Below are positions 18,824-28,465 of a stretch of DNA of 64,000 bases, piece by piece. A model generated the notes under the pieces. The model had not been told where the DNA came from, searched no databases, and saw only the letters and a list, made by a program, of their open reading frames with translations. Origin of the DNA: Anaerolineae bacterium (GTDB lineage Bacteria; Chloroflexota; Anaerolineae; S140-20); assembly GCA_027021705.1 (NCBI GenBank), contig JALUTT010000012.1, positions 1-64,000 of the forward strand. The letters are read 5' to 3'. Position numbers and translations under genes: made by a program. Position 1 is the first letter of the stretch, and each line of letters starts with the position of its first letter.

Positions 18824-19129
18824 TTGACCGAGGACCTGCTGCACCAGCTGATCCATATCTTGGACGAAGGGGGCGTCCATACCTACCCAGCCCTGGCCCA
18901 GCGGCTGGGGATCAGCGAAGCGCTCCTGGAGGGCATGCTCCAGGACCTAACCCGGATGGGCTACCTGAGGGCTGTAGGCGGTGTCTGTGACACCCAGTGT
19001 ACCGGCTGTCCCCTAGCCTCAGCCTGCGCTGTGGGCAGGCCAGGCCGCATCTGGGTGCTCACCGACCGAGGGCGACGTTCCGTCGAGCGTGAGGCAGAAG
19101 CGTCTGAACAAATCGAACAGGAGGTATGA
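18824..19129 (+). CDS. FeoC-like winged-helix protein with Cys cluster
   Basis: LAQRLGISEALLEGMLQDLTRMGYL followed by CDTQCTGCPLASAC; TTG start assumed. Confidence 0.75.
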   Translation: MTEDLLHQLIHILDEGGVHTYPALAQRLGISEALLEGMLQDLTRMGYLRAVGGVCDTQCTGCPLASACAVGRPGRIWVLTDRGRRSVEREAEASEQIEQEV

Positions 19130-20637
19130 TGAACGTCAGGGATAAACCATCGTGGGCCGTGTTGCTGCTTGGTGGCGGACTCTTCCTGCTCTTGATGATC
19201 TGGACAGGGAGTGGAACGTCGGCTCTAGCCCCCGCACCTTCTCCTCCGGAGATCCTCTCTACCGACGGTAGCCGTTTGGGCTCCTTCTCCCCGTCCAGGC
19301 CCGCGATAACCGCCACAGCCCCCTTCACCCTCTACCTGCCCGCCATCTTCCGACCCCCCGAACCGATCACGCCCAACGACACCTACTACAGCAGCTACCA
19401 GTGGAACCTGCGCCAGATCGAGGCCCCTATGGGCTGGGCGCTCAACACCGGCAGCGACGGTGTGATCATCGCTGTGTTGGACACTGGTGTGGATCTGACC
19501 CACCCTGACTTGCAGGGGAAGCTGGTTGCCGGCTACGACTTCATCAACAACGACAGCGATCCATCGGACGACCAGGGCCACGGCACCCACGTGGCCGGCA
19601 TCGCTGCCGCCCTCAGCAACAACAGCCGAGGTATCGCCGGAGTCTCCTGGGGGGCCAAGATCATGCCGGTCAAGGTGCTGGGCGCGGACGGCACGGGTTC
19701 TATGTCCGCCATCGCCAGCGGGATCACCTGGGCGGCCAACAACGGAGCCGACGTCATTAACCTGAGCCTAGGTGGGTCGAGCAGCAGTTCCACGCTCCAG
19801 GACGCGGTGAACTACGCCTACAATCAGGGAGTGCTCCTCGTAGCGGCGGCAGGGAACTGGTATCAAAAGGGGAACCCGGTGATCTACCCGGCCGCTTACC
19901 CCCACGTCCTGGCGGTAGCTGCAACAGGGGACCAGGATGAGCACGCCTCCTACTCCGAGACCGGTGACTACGTGGACGTGGCAGCACCAGGGGGGAACCC
20001 CACGGACAGCAACGACAACAACCCCAACCACTGGATCCTGAGCACCTACTGGCGAGGTCGAGGCTACGGCGACTACCTGTGGGTGGTGGGTACTTCCCAG
20101 GCGACCCCCCACGTCGCTGGCCTGGCGGCCCTCATCTGGTCGGTCAATCCATCGCTGACCAACGACCAGGTGGAGCAGATCATCGAGGAGACGGCAGTGG
20201 ATCTGGGGGTTCCCGGGCGTGACGATGTCTTCGGCTACGGACGGATAGACGTCTATGCGGCCTTGAGCCGAGCGCAGACCACTTCCGCCTTGCCGGTGCG
20301 GAGGATGACCGGACGATCGCGCCCCCAATCGGGGTCAGCAATAGCCGTGTCGGCTCCTCGGCTGCCCCTTAGAACGCCGCCGCTCTCCGAGGCGGCCTTT
20401 GTGCCGGGCACTCTTCTGGTGAAGTTCCGGACCGGTGTGAGCGACGCCAGCGCCACCATCCTCCTGAGCCGCTATCCCGTTCAGGTGACGGGGGAGATCG
20501 CCGGGCTGGGCGTGCTCCGCTTGAGCGTGCCGGAAGGACGGGAGCAGGAGATCGGCCATCTGCTGGCCCAAGAGCCTTTCGTCGAGTACGCGGAGCCCGA
20601 CTACTACCTCTACGCCCTCTCCATCCCCTCGCGGTGA
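19126..20637 (+). CDS. Secreted S8 (thermitase-like) serine protease with propeptide-like domain at the C-terminus
   Basis: Triad motifs IAVLDTG, GHGTHVAG, GTSQATPHVAG; hydrophobic N-terminus; C-terminal FVPGTLLVKF...VEYAEPDY. Confidence 0.92.
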   Translation: MMNVRDKPSWAVLLLGGGLFLLLMIWTGSGTSALAPAPSPPEILSTDGSRLGSFSPSRPAITATAPFTLYLPAIFRPPEPITPNDTYYSSYQWNLRQIEAPMGWALNTGSDGVIIAVLDTGVDLTHPDLQGKLVAGYDFINNDSDPSDDQGHGTHVAGIAAALSNNSRGIAGVSWGAKIMPVKVLGADGTGSMSAIASGITWAANNGADVINLSLGGSSSSSTLQDAVNYAYNQGVLLVAAAGNWYQKGNPVIYPAAYPHVLAVAATGDQDEHASYSETGDYVDVAAPGGNPTDSNDNNPNHWILSTYWRGRGYGDYLWVVGTSQATPHVAGLAALIWSVNPSLTNDQVEQIIEETAVDLGVPGRDDVFGYGRIDVYAALSRAQTTSALPVRRMTGRSRPQSGSAIAVSAPRLPLRTPPLSEAAFVPGTLLVKFRTGVSDASATILLSRYPVQVTGEIAGLGVLRLSVPEGREQEIGHLLAQEPFVEYAEPDYYLYALSIPSR

Positions 20638-20831
20638 GTCCTCGGTTCCTCCTCCCAGGCATCAGGCCGACGAGAGGGGCCGGTCCCCAGGGGCGATCCG
20701 CGGGGAACCCAGGCGGCCCGCCCTTCAGACGTATGGGGTGCACGTCGCACAGCGGTGCGCCCCATACCGGTCTGGCGGAACGAAGCGATGGACGGTGTTC
20801 GGTAGACGTCTGGGAGAGGCCGCCGAAGAGA

Positions 20832-21332
20832 CTACAGGAGCACGCAGGTCAAGGAGATGCCCAGCCGCCGGGCGAGGGCTTCTAGGACTGCCTGAGGTGT
20901 CTCCATTCCCTCGCCGGCGGCGCTCAGGAAGAGAAGGTGAGTGAGGCAACGGCAGTCAGAGGCTCCGAAGCGGGGAATAGGTGCTTCGGCTCCGGGCAGG
21001 GCCAGGGCGCCCTGGGCCCACGCGCACTCACGGCGGGCTGCTCCCTCCATCCAACCCACGGCGACCGGGCGGGCACCGGCCACCCGCAGGTAGTCTACGT
21101 GCCAGTGGGGCCGGGCCGGAGGACGGCGGTGATGGGCCAGCCGGGCTGCCAGTCCTCCCGGTCCCCGCGCGCTGCCCAGGTAGAGGTACCGGCCCCGCTG
21201 CAACACGAAGCTCCCCAGCGCTCCCACCGTAAACGGACGAGGCCGGTCTAGGCGCAAGACCAGCGCGTAGGTGCCAGGAGCGGCGGGGATCGCCTCTGGG
21301 TCTGATGCCCACACCGCTACCGGGCTCGCCAT
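20832..21332 (-). CDS. GIY-YIG/Uri superfamily nuclease (DUF123)
   Basis: GTYAL, YLYLGSA, HWHVDYL, FGASDCRCLTHL motifs. Confidence 0.88.
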   Translation of the reverse strand: MASPVAVWASDPEAIPAAPGTYALVLRLDRPRPFTVGALGSFVLQRGRYLYLGSARGPGGLAARLAHHRRPPARPHWHVDYLRVAGARPVAVGWMEGAARRECAWAQGALALPGAEAPIPRFGASDCRCLTHLLFLSAAGEGMETPQAVLEALARRLGISLTCVLL

Positions 21333-21541
21333 CGCTGCCAGAGCAGGGCCGCCGTCCAGGCTAAGCTCGTCCCAATCAGCAAAAGCAATACGCCCAGGCC
21401 GTCCACCAATCGGATGGCGTGGTCGTCGTTGATCTGGTAGAGCATCGGCCCTTCGTAGGCATCGGGCAGGGCCAGGAAGAGCAGCCCCAGCAGAAGGATC
21501 AGGAGGGCCAGGACGGCCAATCCCCGGGTGAAGCCTCCCAT
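21317..21541 (-). CDS. Small two-TM membrane protein
   Basis: Two hydrophobic segments; packed between Trm112 and DUF123 genes. Confidence 0.6.
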   Translation of the reverse strand: MGGFTRGLAVLALLILLLGLLFLALPDAYEGPMLYQINDDHAIRLVDGLGVLLLLIGTSLAWTAALLWQRWRAR

Positions 21542-21544
21542 CGG

Positions 21545-21790
21545 CTACTCCGCCGGCGGGGGAACGGGCAGGTCCTCCACCGCCACGTCCACCCACTTAT
21601 CCCCTTCCTCGATAAGCATCACCGGGATCTCGTCTCGGATGGGATACTTGCGACCGCAGCCCGGCTCCGTGCAGACGAGCCAGGTGTCGTGCACCAGCTC
21701 CAGCCGTCCCGGGTCCGGCCCCTCTCGGCGGGTGGGACCGCTGACGCAGGCGGGACAGCGGAGAATCTCCAACAGTTCCTGGCTGACCAT
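21545..21790 (-). CDS. Trm112 family protein
   Basis: LLEILRCPAC...LVC...CGRKYPIRDEIPVML. Confidence 0.9.
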   Translation of the reverse strand: MVSQELLEILRCPACVSGPTRREGPDPGRLELVHDTWLVCTEPGCGRKYPIRDEIPVMLIEEGDKWVDVAVEDLPVPPPAE

Positions 21791-21838
21791 AGGGCAATCC
21801 TCCCGTATTGTCTGTTGCGCACCAGGTGTACCCGGCTG

Positions 21839-21903
21839 ATTATAGCACAGGCCAGGACTGCGTCAAACAGCCCGTTTGACAAAAGATACCCCCTGAGTAA
21901 GAT
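21839..21903. promoter_or_regulatory. Back-to-back divergent sigma70-type promoters
   Basis: Minus strand: TTGACG-16-TATAAT with TG extension (21866-21839). Plus strand: TTGACA-16-TAAGAT (21876-21903). Confidence 0.65.
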
Positions 21904-21995
21904 TATGGTTGGAGGGCGAAGGGCGGATGGGGATTCCGGCAACGGTGCGGTCTCGGGGTTTCTGTCTCAAGACCGGTCGAGGCAAGGTGAAAACG

Positions 21996-24900
21996 ATGAC
22001 CCTCCACAGAAAGCTGTTTCTCAGCCTGCTTCTCAGCGTGCTAGTTACCCTCGGTATCGGCCTGCTGGCCTATGAAGCCTTTCGGGCGGGGGGCCACCAC
22101 ATCGGGACGGTGGAGTACAACCTCCGTCGGCAGGAAGCGGTTCGAGAGGCCCAGGTAGCCATCCAGCAGATGGTCGTGATCTTGGATCACTACCTCATCA
22201 CCGGTGACCTGACGGACCGTGATCGCTTTGCCGACCTGGCGACCAAAGTGGAGGAGACCCTCGCTACCCTGTGGTCCCTCAAAGCCGAGGGGGAAGTGGA
22301 CCGGGCTCTGTTGGCGGAGATCCGGGGGGGATGGCGGCAGTTCCGCACTCAGGCCAACGTGATCTTGGCCCTGCCGGAGCCCGTGGGCAATGTCCAGAGG
22401 GCGCGCCTGGCCACCCAAGTGGATGGGTTGGCTCGCGAACTGATCGGCGATCTGAAAGAGCTGGATGTCCCCTACCAGGCTCAGGTTGCTGCTACATTGA
22501 TGGCCGCCCGTGCCTTGCAGCGCAAGGTAGGGCTGTTCATCCTGCTCTTCACCTTCCTGCTGATCCTCGGCCAATTGGTCTTCGCCCGCTACCTTTCCAT
22601 CGCGCTGATCCGTCCCTTGAACACCCTCGCCTACGCAGCCCAGGCCCTGGGGCGGGGGAATCTGGACGCCCGCGTTGCGGTGAAGGGGAACGATGAACTG
22701 GCCTACTTGGGTCGGGCCTTCAACGCGATGGCCGAATCCCTGCAGCGCCGCTTGACCGAGCTCCACGCGCTGTCCGAGGTCTCCCGCACCATCCGTGAGG
22801 TCACGGACCGCCAGGCCCTCTTTGCCGATCTGACGACCCGCATCGCCCGGCTGCTGGACGCGGAGCAATGCGCGATCGTTTTGCGGGACGAGGCCAGCGG
22901 GAACTTCCGCCTCCAGTGGCCGGCCCACGGGATGACTCGGGAACAGGCGGCCTTGGGCCGCTTCCCCGCCGACCTGGCGGCAACGTTGTTGGACCATCTC
23001 CCCACCGACGAGGTCCTCATCGTGAACGATCCGACCGGGACGGAGGGGGTGGCGACCGAGTTGACCAAAATCTGGGGCGAACGCTCCTTGCTGATCGCCC
23101 GCCTCCAGGTGGAGGACCGGGTTCTGGGCGGCATTCGGGTGGCCAACAAGCGCTCGGGTGAGGGCTTCACCCAGGACGATGCCCGGCTGCTGGACCTCAT
23201 CGCCGGCCAGGCTGCCCTGGTCATCGAAAAGTTCAACCTCTACCAGCAGCAAGAGGCCAACCTTCAGCGCCGCCGAGCCGAGAGTGAGGCCCTCAGCGCC
23301 ATTGCCACCGCCGCCGTCACGGCGTCTGATCTGGAGGCGGTGTTGGAGACGGCCCTGGACCACCTGTTGTCGGTCCTAGAAGTGGAAGCAGGGGCCATCT
23401 ACCTGCCCGTGGAGGATGCCCCCCGCCTGCTTCGCCTGGCTGCCCAGCGGGGCCTGTTCACCGCTTCGGCCACTGCGATGGCCCATCTTCCGGCCGACGA
23501 GGGGCTCATCGGTCAGATCTACCGAACGGGTGAGCCTATCGTCCTGGAGGGTGCGGTGGCCCGGCCCGAGGAACTTTCCCTTCCCCCGCTGCACGCCGCT
23601 GGCTGCCACTTCCTCGCTGCCGTCCCCCTCCGCTTCCGAGGAGAGGTGCGAGGTGTGCTAGGCGTTGGCAGCCGCCAGCACCGTGCCTTCTCCCAGGAGG
23701 ACCTGGCCTTCCTGGCTGCTGCCGGTGACCAGTTGGGCAATAGCGTGGAAAATACTCGCCTGCGTCGTGAGGCGGACCGCCACCTGCGGAAGATCGGGAC
23801 CCTGGCCATGCTGGCCGAGCGGCTCAATCGCACCGCTTCGACCAGCGAGGTCGTGGGGGAGGCGATAGAGGCCCTGATCGCGCAGTTGGGCCTGACCGCC
23901 TGCTGGTTCCTCGTGCGCACCGACGACCCCTCACGCCCCTTCGCCCTCACGGCAGCCCGTCACCTACCGCCGGCGCTCCAGACCGAGGACGCCTTTGAGG
24001 GGACCTGCCTGTGTCAGACGATGGCCCTGCGAGGGGAACTGACCGAGGCGGTCAACGTGCTCTCTTGCGAGCGGCTGGAGGGCAAGCCACCGGAGGCCAC
24101 GCTGGGCCTCTACTACCACGCTACCGTGCCCGTATACAGCGGAGGAGATCTCGCGGGGTTGCTCAACTTGGGGCTGCCCCAGGGACGCCATTTCGATCCC
24201 GACGATCTCAACTTGCTGAACGCCGCTGCCGAAACCCTGGGGGTCGCCCTGGAGCGAGCCCGCCTGCACGAACAGATCAAAGCTCAGCGTCTGGAAGAGC
24301 AGGAGACCCTGCTACGTCTCTCCCAGACGTTGGTCGGCCTGACCGACCCGCACGCGGTGATGGAAGCCACCGCCCAGACGGTGCAGACCGTCCTGGAAGC
24401 CGATTACATCGCCCTGATGATGCCTGATCCCACGGGCCGATGGCTGGTGTTGGTGGGGGGAGCCGGCTGGGAACCGAGCCTGTACGACCGCTACCGTGTT
24501 GAGGTTGTCCATTCGCGGGAAGGCCACGCCTTCCGGCATCAGGAGCCGATCCAGGAACTCGATGTGCGGAAGGACGGTCCCTTCCCCTGTCCGGTGGAAC
24601 TATTGGACCGGGGCGTAGTCAGCAGCATCACAGTGCCCCTGCGGGGCAAGGGGGGGACCATCGGGACGCTTAGTGTCTACACCGTGCGGCCCCGCCATTT
24701 CAGCGCCGATGAGGTGCGGCTGCTCTCCCTCATCGCTAACCACGCGGCGATGGCCCTGGAACGGGCCTGGGAGCACCAGGCGGTGCGGGCGGGGGAGGCC
24801 CGCTATCGGAGCCTCAACGCCGTCATCGCCGCTGCTGTTGCCGCTTCCGATCTGTCAGGTCTGCTGAACGCGGCGTTGGACCACCTTTTGCAAGCCCTGG

Positions 24901-26738
24901 GTCTGGAGATGGGGGCCATCTGGGTGGACGATCAGCACAGCGTGCGCGGCCTTCCCCCCGCCATTGGCCCTCTCAGCGCCCAGATCGCCCGCGCGACGGG
25001 CCTGGAGCTCATCACCCCCATCGCGGTGGAGGATTGGCTGGAAGTGCCGGAGGACGATCCCTTGGCGGCTGCCGTCCCGCTGATGATCCAGTTTGGCCTC
25101 CGCGCCTCCCTCGTTGCCCCCATCGCGGTCGAAGGACGGTGCATTGGTGGGCTGAGCGTCGTGGCTCCAGAGCCCAGGGGCTGGACGCCTGAGGAGATCG
25201 CCCTGGTGGAAGCGGTAGGGCAGCAACTGGGGAGTGCTGCCGAACGGCTGCGGCTGCTGGCCCGAACCCGGGAGCAGGCCCGCCAGGTCCAGCAGATTAT
25301 GGACACCGTGCCCGAGGGAATGATCTTGCTGGATGCGGAACAGCGCTTGCTCTTGGCCAACCCGACGGCCCAGGACTACCTGGCGCTGCTGGCGGACGTT
25401 CAGGCGGGCGCTCCCCTCACCCACCTGGGCGGGCGCCCTTTCGAGGAGCTCCTGGCCCCTCCGCCGATGGGGATGAACTGCCACGAGGTGGCCCAGGATG
25501 GCCGGATCTTCGAAGTCGTGGTGCAGCCCATCGAAGCCGACAGCGAGGCGGCGGGCTGGGTGCTGGTGCTCCGGGACGTCACCCGGGAGCGAGAGGTCCA
25601 GCAGCGCCTTCAGACCCAGGATCGGCTGGCGGCGGTGGGGCAACTGGCGGCCGGCATCGCCCACGACTTCAACAACATCCTGGCCGTGATGACCCTCTAC
25701 ACCCAGATGGCCCTCCAATCCCCTCAGCTCCCCCCAAAAGCCCGCGAGCATCTGACCACTGTGGCCCAGCAGGCCGAACGGGCTGCTGACCTGATCCAGC
25801 AGATTCTGGACTTCAGCCGTCGCTCGGTGATGGAACCCCGGCCCCTTGCCCTCGTGCCTTTCCTGCAAGACCTGGTCAAGCTGCTGCAAGGAGCTCTGCC
25901 GGAGATGATCCAAGTCGAGCTGACTTATGGCTCCGATGACTACACCGTCAACGCCGACACAACGCGGCTCCAGCAGGTCTTTATGAACCTGGCCTTCAAC
26001 GCCCGGGATGCGATGCCCGAGGGGGGCGTCCTGCGCATCGGGCTGGAGCGGGTCCAGGTCGAGACGGGGCAGCCCCCGCCGCTGCCGGAGATGCCCCCGG
26101 GCGAATGGGTGCGGGTGACGGTGACGGATACGGGAGTTGGCATTCCCTCGGACGTGCTCCCCCGGATCTTCGAACCCTTCTTCACCACCAAGCCCCTCGG
26201 TCAGGGTACCGGGCTGGGGTTGGCCCAGGTTTACGGCATTGTGAAGCAGCACGGCGGCTACATCCACGTGGAGAGCCGGATGGGTCAGGGCACGACCTTT
26301 GCCCTCTACCTGCCCGCGCTGCCCACATCCCGGCCCGGTAGAGGGCCCTCGGCGGGATTGGACCCCGAGCAGGGCAGGGGGGAGATGATCCTGGTGGTGG
26401 AGGACGATGACACGACCCGACGAGCGATGGTCGAGATCCTGGAGATGCTGAATTACCGGGTTCTGGAGGCGGCCAACGGCCAGGAGGCCCTGGAGGTCTT
26501 CGACCGGCATAGCGGTGAGATCGCCTTGGTGCTGAGCGACCTGGTGATGCCGGAGATGGGCGGGAGGACCCTCTTCCAGGCTCTGCGACAGCGGGATGTC
26601 TCGGTGAAGATCGTGGTGCTGACAGGGCATCCCCTGGGGGAGGAGATGGAAGGGCTGCGGGCCCAAGGGGTCGTAGATTGGGTACAGAAGCCCTTCAGCC
26701 TGGAGGAGTTGGCGGACGTGGTGGCCCGGGCGTTGTGA
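21996..26738 (+). CDS. Hybrid sensor histidine kinase: TM sensor, HAMP, five GAF, PAS, HisKA, HATPase, receiver
   Basis: HAMP (NDELAYLGRAFNAM), repeated GAF ends, AHDFNN, NLAFNARDAM, FTTK..GTGLGL, LVVEDD...SDLVMP...KPF. Confidence 0.93.
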   Translation: MTLHRKLFLSLLLSVLVTLGIGLLAYEAFRAGGHHIGTVEYNLRRQEAVREAQVAIQQMVVILDHYLITGDLTDRDRFADLATKVEETLATLWSLKAEGEVDRALLAEIRGGWRQFRTQANVILALPEPVGNVQRARLATQVDGLARELIGDLKELDVPYQAQVAATLMAARALQRKVGLFILLFTFLLILGQLVFARYLSIALIRPLNTLAYAAQALGRGNLDARVAVKGNDELAYLGRAFNAMAESLQRRLTELHALSEVSRTIREVTDRQALFADLTTRIARLLDAEQCAIVLRDEASGNFRLQWPAHGMTREQAALGRFPADLAATLLDHLPTDEVLIVNDPTGTEGVATELTKIWGERSLLIARLQVEDRVLGGIRVANKRSGEGFTQDDARLLDLIAGQAALVIEKFNLYQQQEANLQRRRAESEALSAIATAAVTASDLEAVLETALDHLLSVLEVEAGAIYLPVEDAPRLLRLAAQRGLFTASATAMAHLPADEGLIGQIYRTGEPIVLEGAVARPEELSLPPLHAAGCHFLAAVPLRFRGEVRGVLGVGSRQHRAFSQEDLAFLAAAGDQLGNSVENTRLRREADRHLRKIGTLAMLAERLNRTASTSEVVGEAIEALIAQLGLTACWFLVRTDDPSRPFALTAARHLPPALQTEDAFEGTCLCQTMALRGELTEAVNVLSCERLEGKPPEATLGLYYHATVPVYSGGDLAGLLNLGLPQGRHFDPDDLNLLNAAAETLGVALERARLHEQIKAQRLEEQETLLRLSQTLVGLTDPHAVMEATAQTVQTVLEADYIALMMPDPTGRWLVLVGGAGWEPSLYDRYRVEVVHSREGHAFRHQEPIQELDVRKDGPFPCPVELLDRGVVSSITVPLRGKGGTIGTLSVYTVRPRHFSADEVRLLSLIANHAAMALERAWEHQAVRAGEARYRSLNAVIAAAVAASDLSGLLNAALDHLLQALGLEMGAIWVDDQHSVRGLPPAIGPLSAQIARATGLELITPIAVEDWLEVPEDDPLAAAVPLMIQFGLRASLVAPIAVEGRCIGGLSVVAPEPRGWTPEEIALVEAVGQQLGSAAERLRLLARTREQARQVQQIMDTVPEGMILLDAEQRLLLANPTAQDYLALLADVQAGAPLTHLGGRPFEELLAPPPMGMNCHEVAQDGRIFEVVVQPIEADSEAAGWVLVLRDVTREREVQQRLQTQDRLAAVGQLAAGIAHDFNNILAVMTLYTQMALQSPQLPPKAREHLTTVAQQAERAADLIQQILDFSRRSVMEPRPLALVPFLQDLVKLLQGALPEMIQVELTYGSDDYTVNADTTRLQQVFMNLAFNARDAMPEGGVLRIGLERVQVETGQPPPLPEMPPGEWVRVTVTDTGVGIPSDVLPRIFEPFFTTKPLGQGTGLGLAQVYGIVKQHGGYIHVESRMGQGTTFALYLPALPTSRPGRGPSAGLDPEQGRGEMILVVEDDDTTRRAMVEILEMLNYRVLEAANGQEALEVFDRHSGEIALVLSDLVMPEMGGRTLFQALRQRDVSVKIVVLTGHPLGEEMEGLRAQGVVDWVQKPFSLEELADVVARAL

Positions 26739-26747
26739 GGGAGCAAG

Positions 26748-26928
26748 TTGCAAATTGCGAATTGCGGATTGCGAATTGCAGGTTGCCCTCCCGCAGGTTC
26801 CCTCCACGGCCTGAAGTGCGTTATAGGTGGCCTCCGATAAGCCATTGCTATGCCAGGCACCGCGTGGCCTGCGGGAGGGTGACAACGGTCAGGTAGCTAG
26901 ATTGCGAGTTGCGAATTGCGGGTTGCAA
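26748..26928. repeat. MITE/REP-like copy 4 (26782-26883) embedded in a (TTGCGAA)n heptamer tract
   Basis: GTTGCCCTCCCGCAGG...CCTGCGGGAGGGTGAC terminal inverted repeat; heptamers on both sides. Confidence 0.8.
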
Positions 26929-26947
26929 GGTGCAGAGGAGGGGGACG

Positions 26948-27376
26948 GTGAAGCGGCATTACTATCGGGCGGCCGGCGGCGTGGTGATCCACCAGGGCCG
27001 GGTGCTGCTGCTGAGGCGGCCTCGGAGCGGTGAGGTGCGGTTGCCCAAGGGCCACATCGAGGATGGGGAATCTCCCGAGGAGACCGCGCTGCGGGAGGTG
27101 ATGGAGGAGACGGGCTATGGCCCCCTGGAGGTGCTGGCCGCTCTGGAGGTGCAGCGGGTGGAGTTCGTGGACCCTCACCGGGACCGGATGGTGACCCGCG
27201 ACGAGCACTATTTCCTGATGCGGCCTGCCGAGGGAGCCCGGCAGAGGAGACCGGAGCCTCAGTTCGTCCCCTTCTGGGCTCCTTTGGAGACGGCCCCGGA
27301 GATGCTGAGCTTCGAGAGCGAACGCCGGGTCCTGCGCCGGGCCATCGCCCTCTGGGAGTGTAGGAGCCAACGATGA
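26948..27376 (+). CDS. NUDIX hydrolase
   Basis: Nudix box [28 protein letters not shown] start with RBS. Confidence 0.92.
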   Translation: MKRHYYRAAGGVVIHQGRVLLLRRPRSGEVRLPKGHIEDGESPEETALREVMEETGYGPLEVLAALEVQRVEFVDPHRDRMVTRDEHYFLMRPAEGARQRRPEPQFVPFWAPLETAPEMLSFESERRVLRRAIALWECRSQR

Positions 27377-28323
27377 CGGAACACGAGATGCGCATCTTCG
27401 CCGGCAGCGCCAACCGCCCGCTGGCCGAAGCGGTCGCCCGCTACCTGGGCCAGGAGTTGGGCGACGTGACCATCACCCACCTGCCCGACAGCGAGATCCA
27501 CGTGCAGATCGAAGAACTGGTCCGCCACAAGGACATCTTCATCATCCAGCCCTGCTCGGCCCCCGTCAATGATCACTTGATGGAACTGTTGCTGCTCATT
27601 GACGCCTTCCGGCGGGCCTCCGTCCACAGCGTGACCGCCGTCATCCCCTACTTCCCCTACGCCCGCCAGGAGCGGATGGCGCGGGGGCGGGAGGCGATCA
27701 GCGCCAAGGTGGTCGTGCGGATGCTGGAGGAGATGGGGGTGGACCGGGTGATCTTCGTGGACATCCACTCCCTGGCCATCCAGGGCTTCTTCAACATCCC
27801 GGTGGACCCGCTGACGGCGATGCCGGTGCTGGCCGACTACTTCAAGGGAGACCCCCGCTTCGCCAACGCCGCCGTCGTCGCGCCCGACGTGGGGCGGGCC
27901 CGACTGGCCGGCAAGTACGCCGAGTACCTGGGGCTCCCCCTGGTGGTGATGCACAAGCGGCGGACCGGTTTCGCCGAGACGAAGGCGACCCACGTGGTGG
28001 GGGAGATCGCGGGCAAGGTGCCCATCGTCATTGACGACATCATCGCCAGCGGGAGCGTGCTGGACCAGCTTCCGGCCCTCATTGAGGCAGGGGCCGAGCC
28101 CCCCATCTACCTCTCCATCACCCACCCCGTCCTGCTGCCCACGGCCTTGGCCCGGCTGAACCGGGAGGAGATCGGCGAACTGGTGGTGACGGACACCATC
28201 TACGTGCCGCCGGAGCGCCGCCACCCCAAGCTCCACATCGTCTCCGTCGCCCCTCTGCTGGCCGAGGCGATCCATCGCATCTACGCCGGCCGCTCGGTGA
28301 GCCCCCTGCTGCGGCTGGTCTGA
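27373..28323 (+). CDS. prs: Ribose-phosphate pyrophosphokinase
   Basis: [41 protein letters not shown] motifs. Confidence 0.93.
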   Translation: MTEHEMRIFAGSANRPLAEAVARYLGQELGDVTITHLPDSEIHVQIEELVRHKDIFIIQPCSAPVNDHLMELLLLIDAFRRASVHSVTAVIPYFPYARQERMARGREAISAKVVVRMLEEMGVDRVIFVDIHSLAIQGFFNIPVDPLTAMPVLADYFKGDPRFANAAVVAPDVGRARLAGKYAEYLGLPLVVMHKRRTGFAETKATHVVGEIAGKVPIVIDDIIASGSVLDQLPALIEAGAEPPIYLSITHPVLLPTALARLNREEIGELVVTDTIYVPPERRHPKLHIVSVAPLLAEAIHRIYAGRSVSPLLRLV

Positions 28324-28329
28324 GGCATG

Positions 28330-28357
28330 TTGCGTGTTGGAAAGGACGTGTTATAAT
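28330..28357 (+). promoter_or_regulatory. Putative extended -10 promoter
   Basis: TTGCGT-16-TATAAT with TG immediately upstream of the -10 box. Confidence 0.5.
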
Positions 28358-28465
28358 CCCTGAGGTGTGCCGGCCGAAGAGCCGGTGCCGGGGGAGGGGG
28401 AGCAATCGGTCGCTACGCCCAGCGCCGTCCGTTCACGACGGCGCACGTTTGTGCAGGAGGGTAAG

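Noticed and set aside
20650..20820. Assignment as 6S or SRP RNA
   Set aside because: I could not find the SRP GGAAGGAAGCAG loop or recognisable 6S motifs; kept only as an unassigned candidate.
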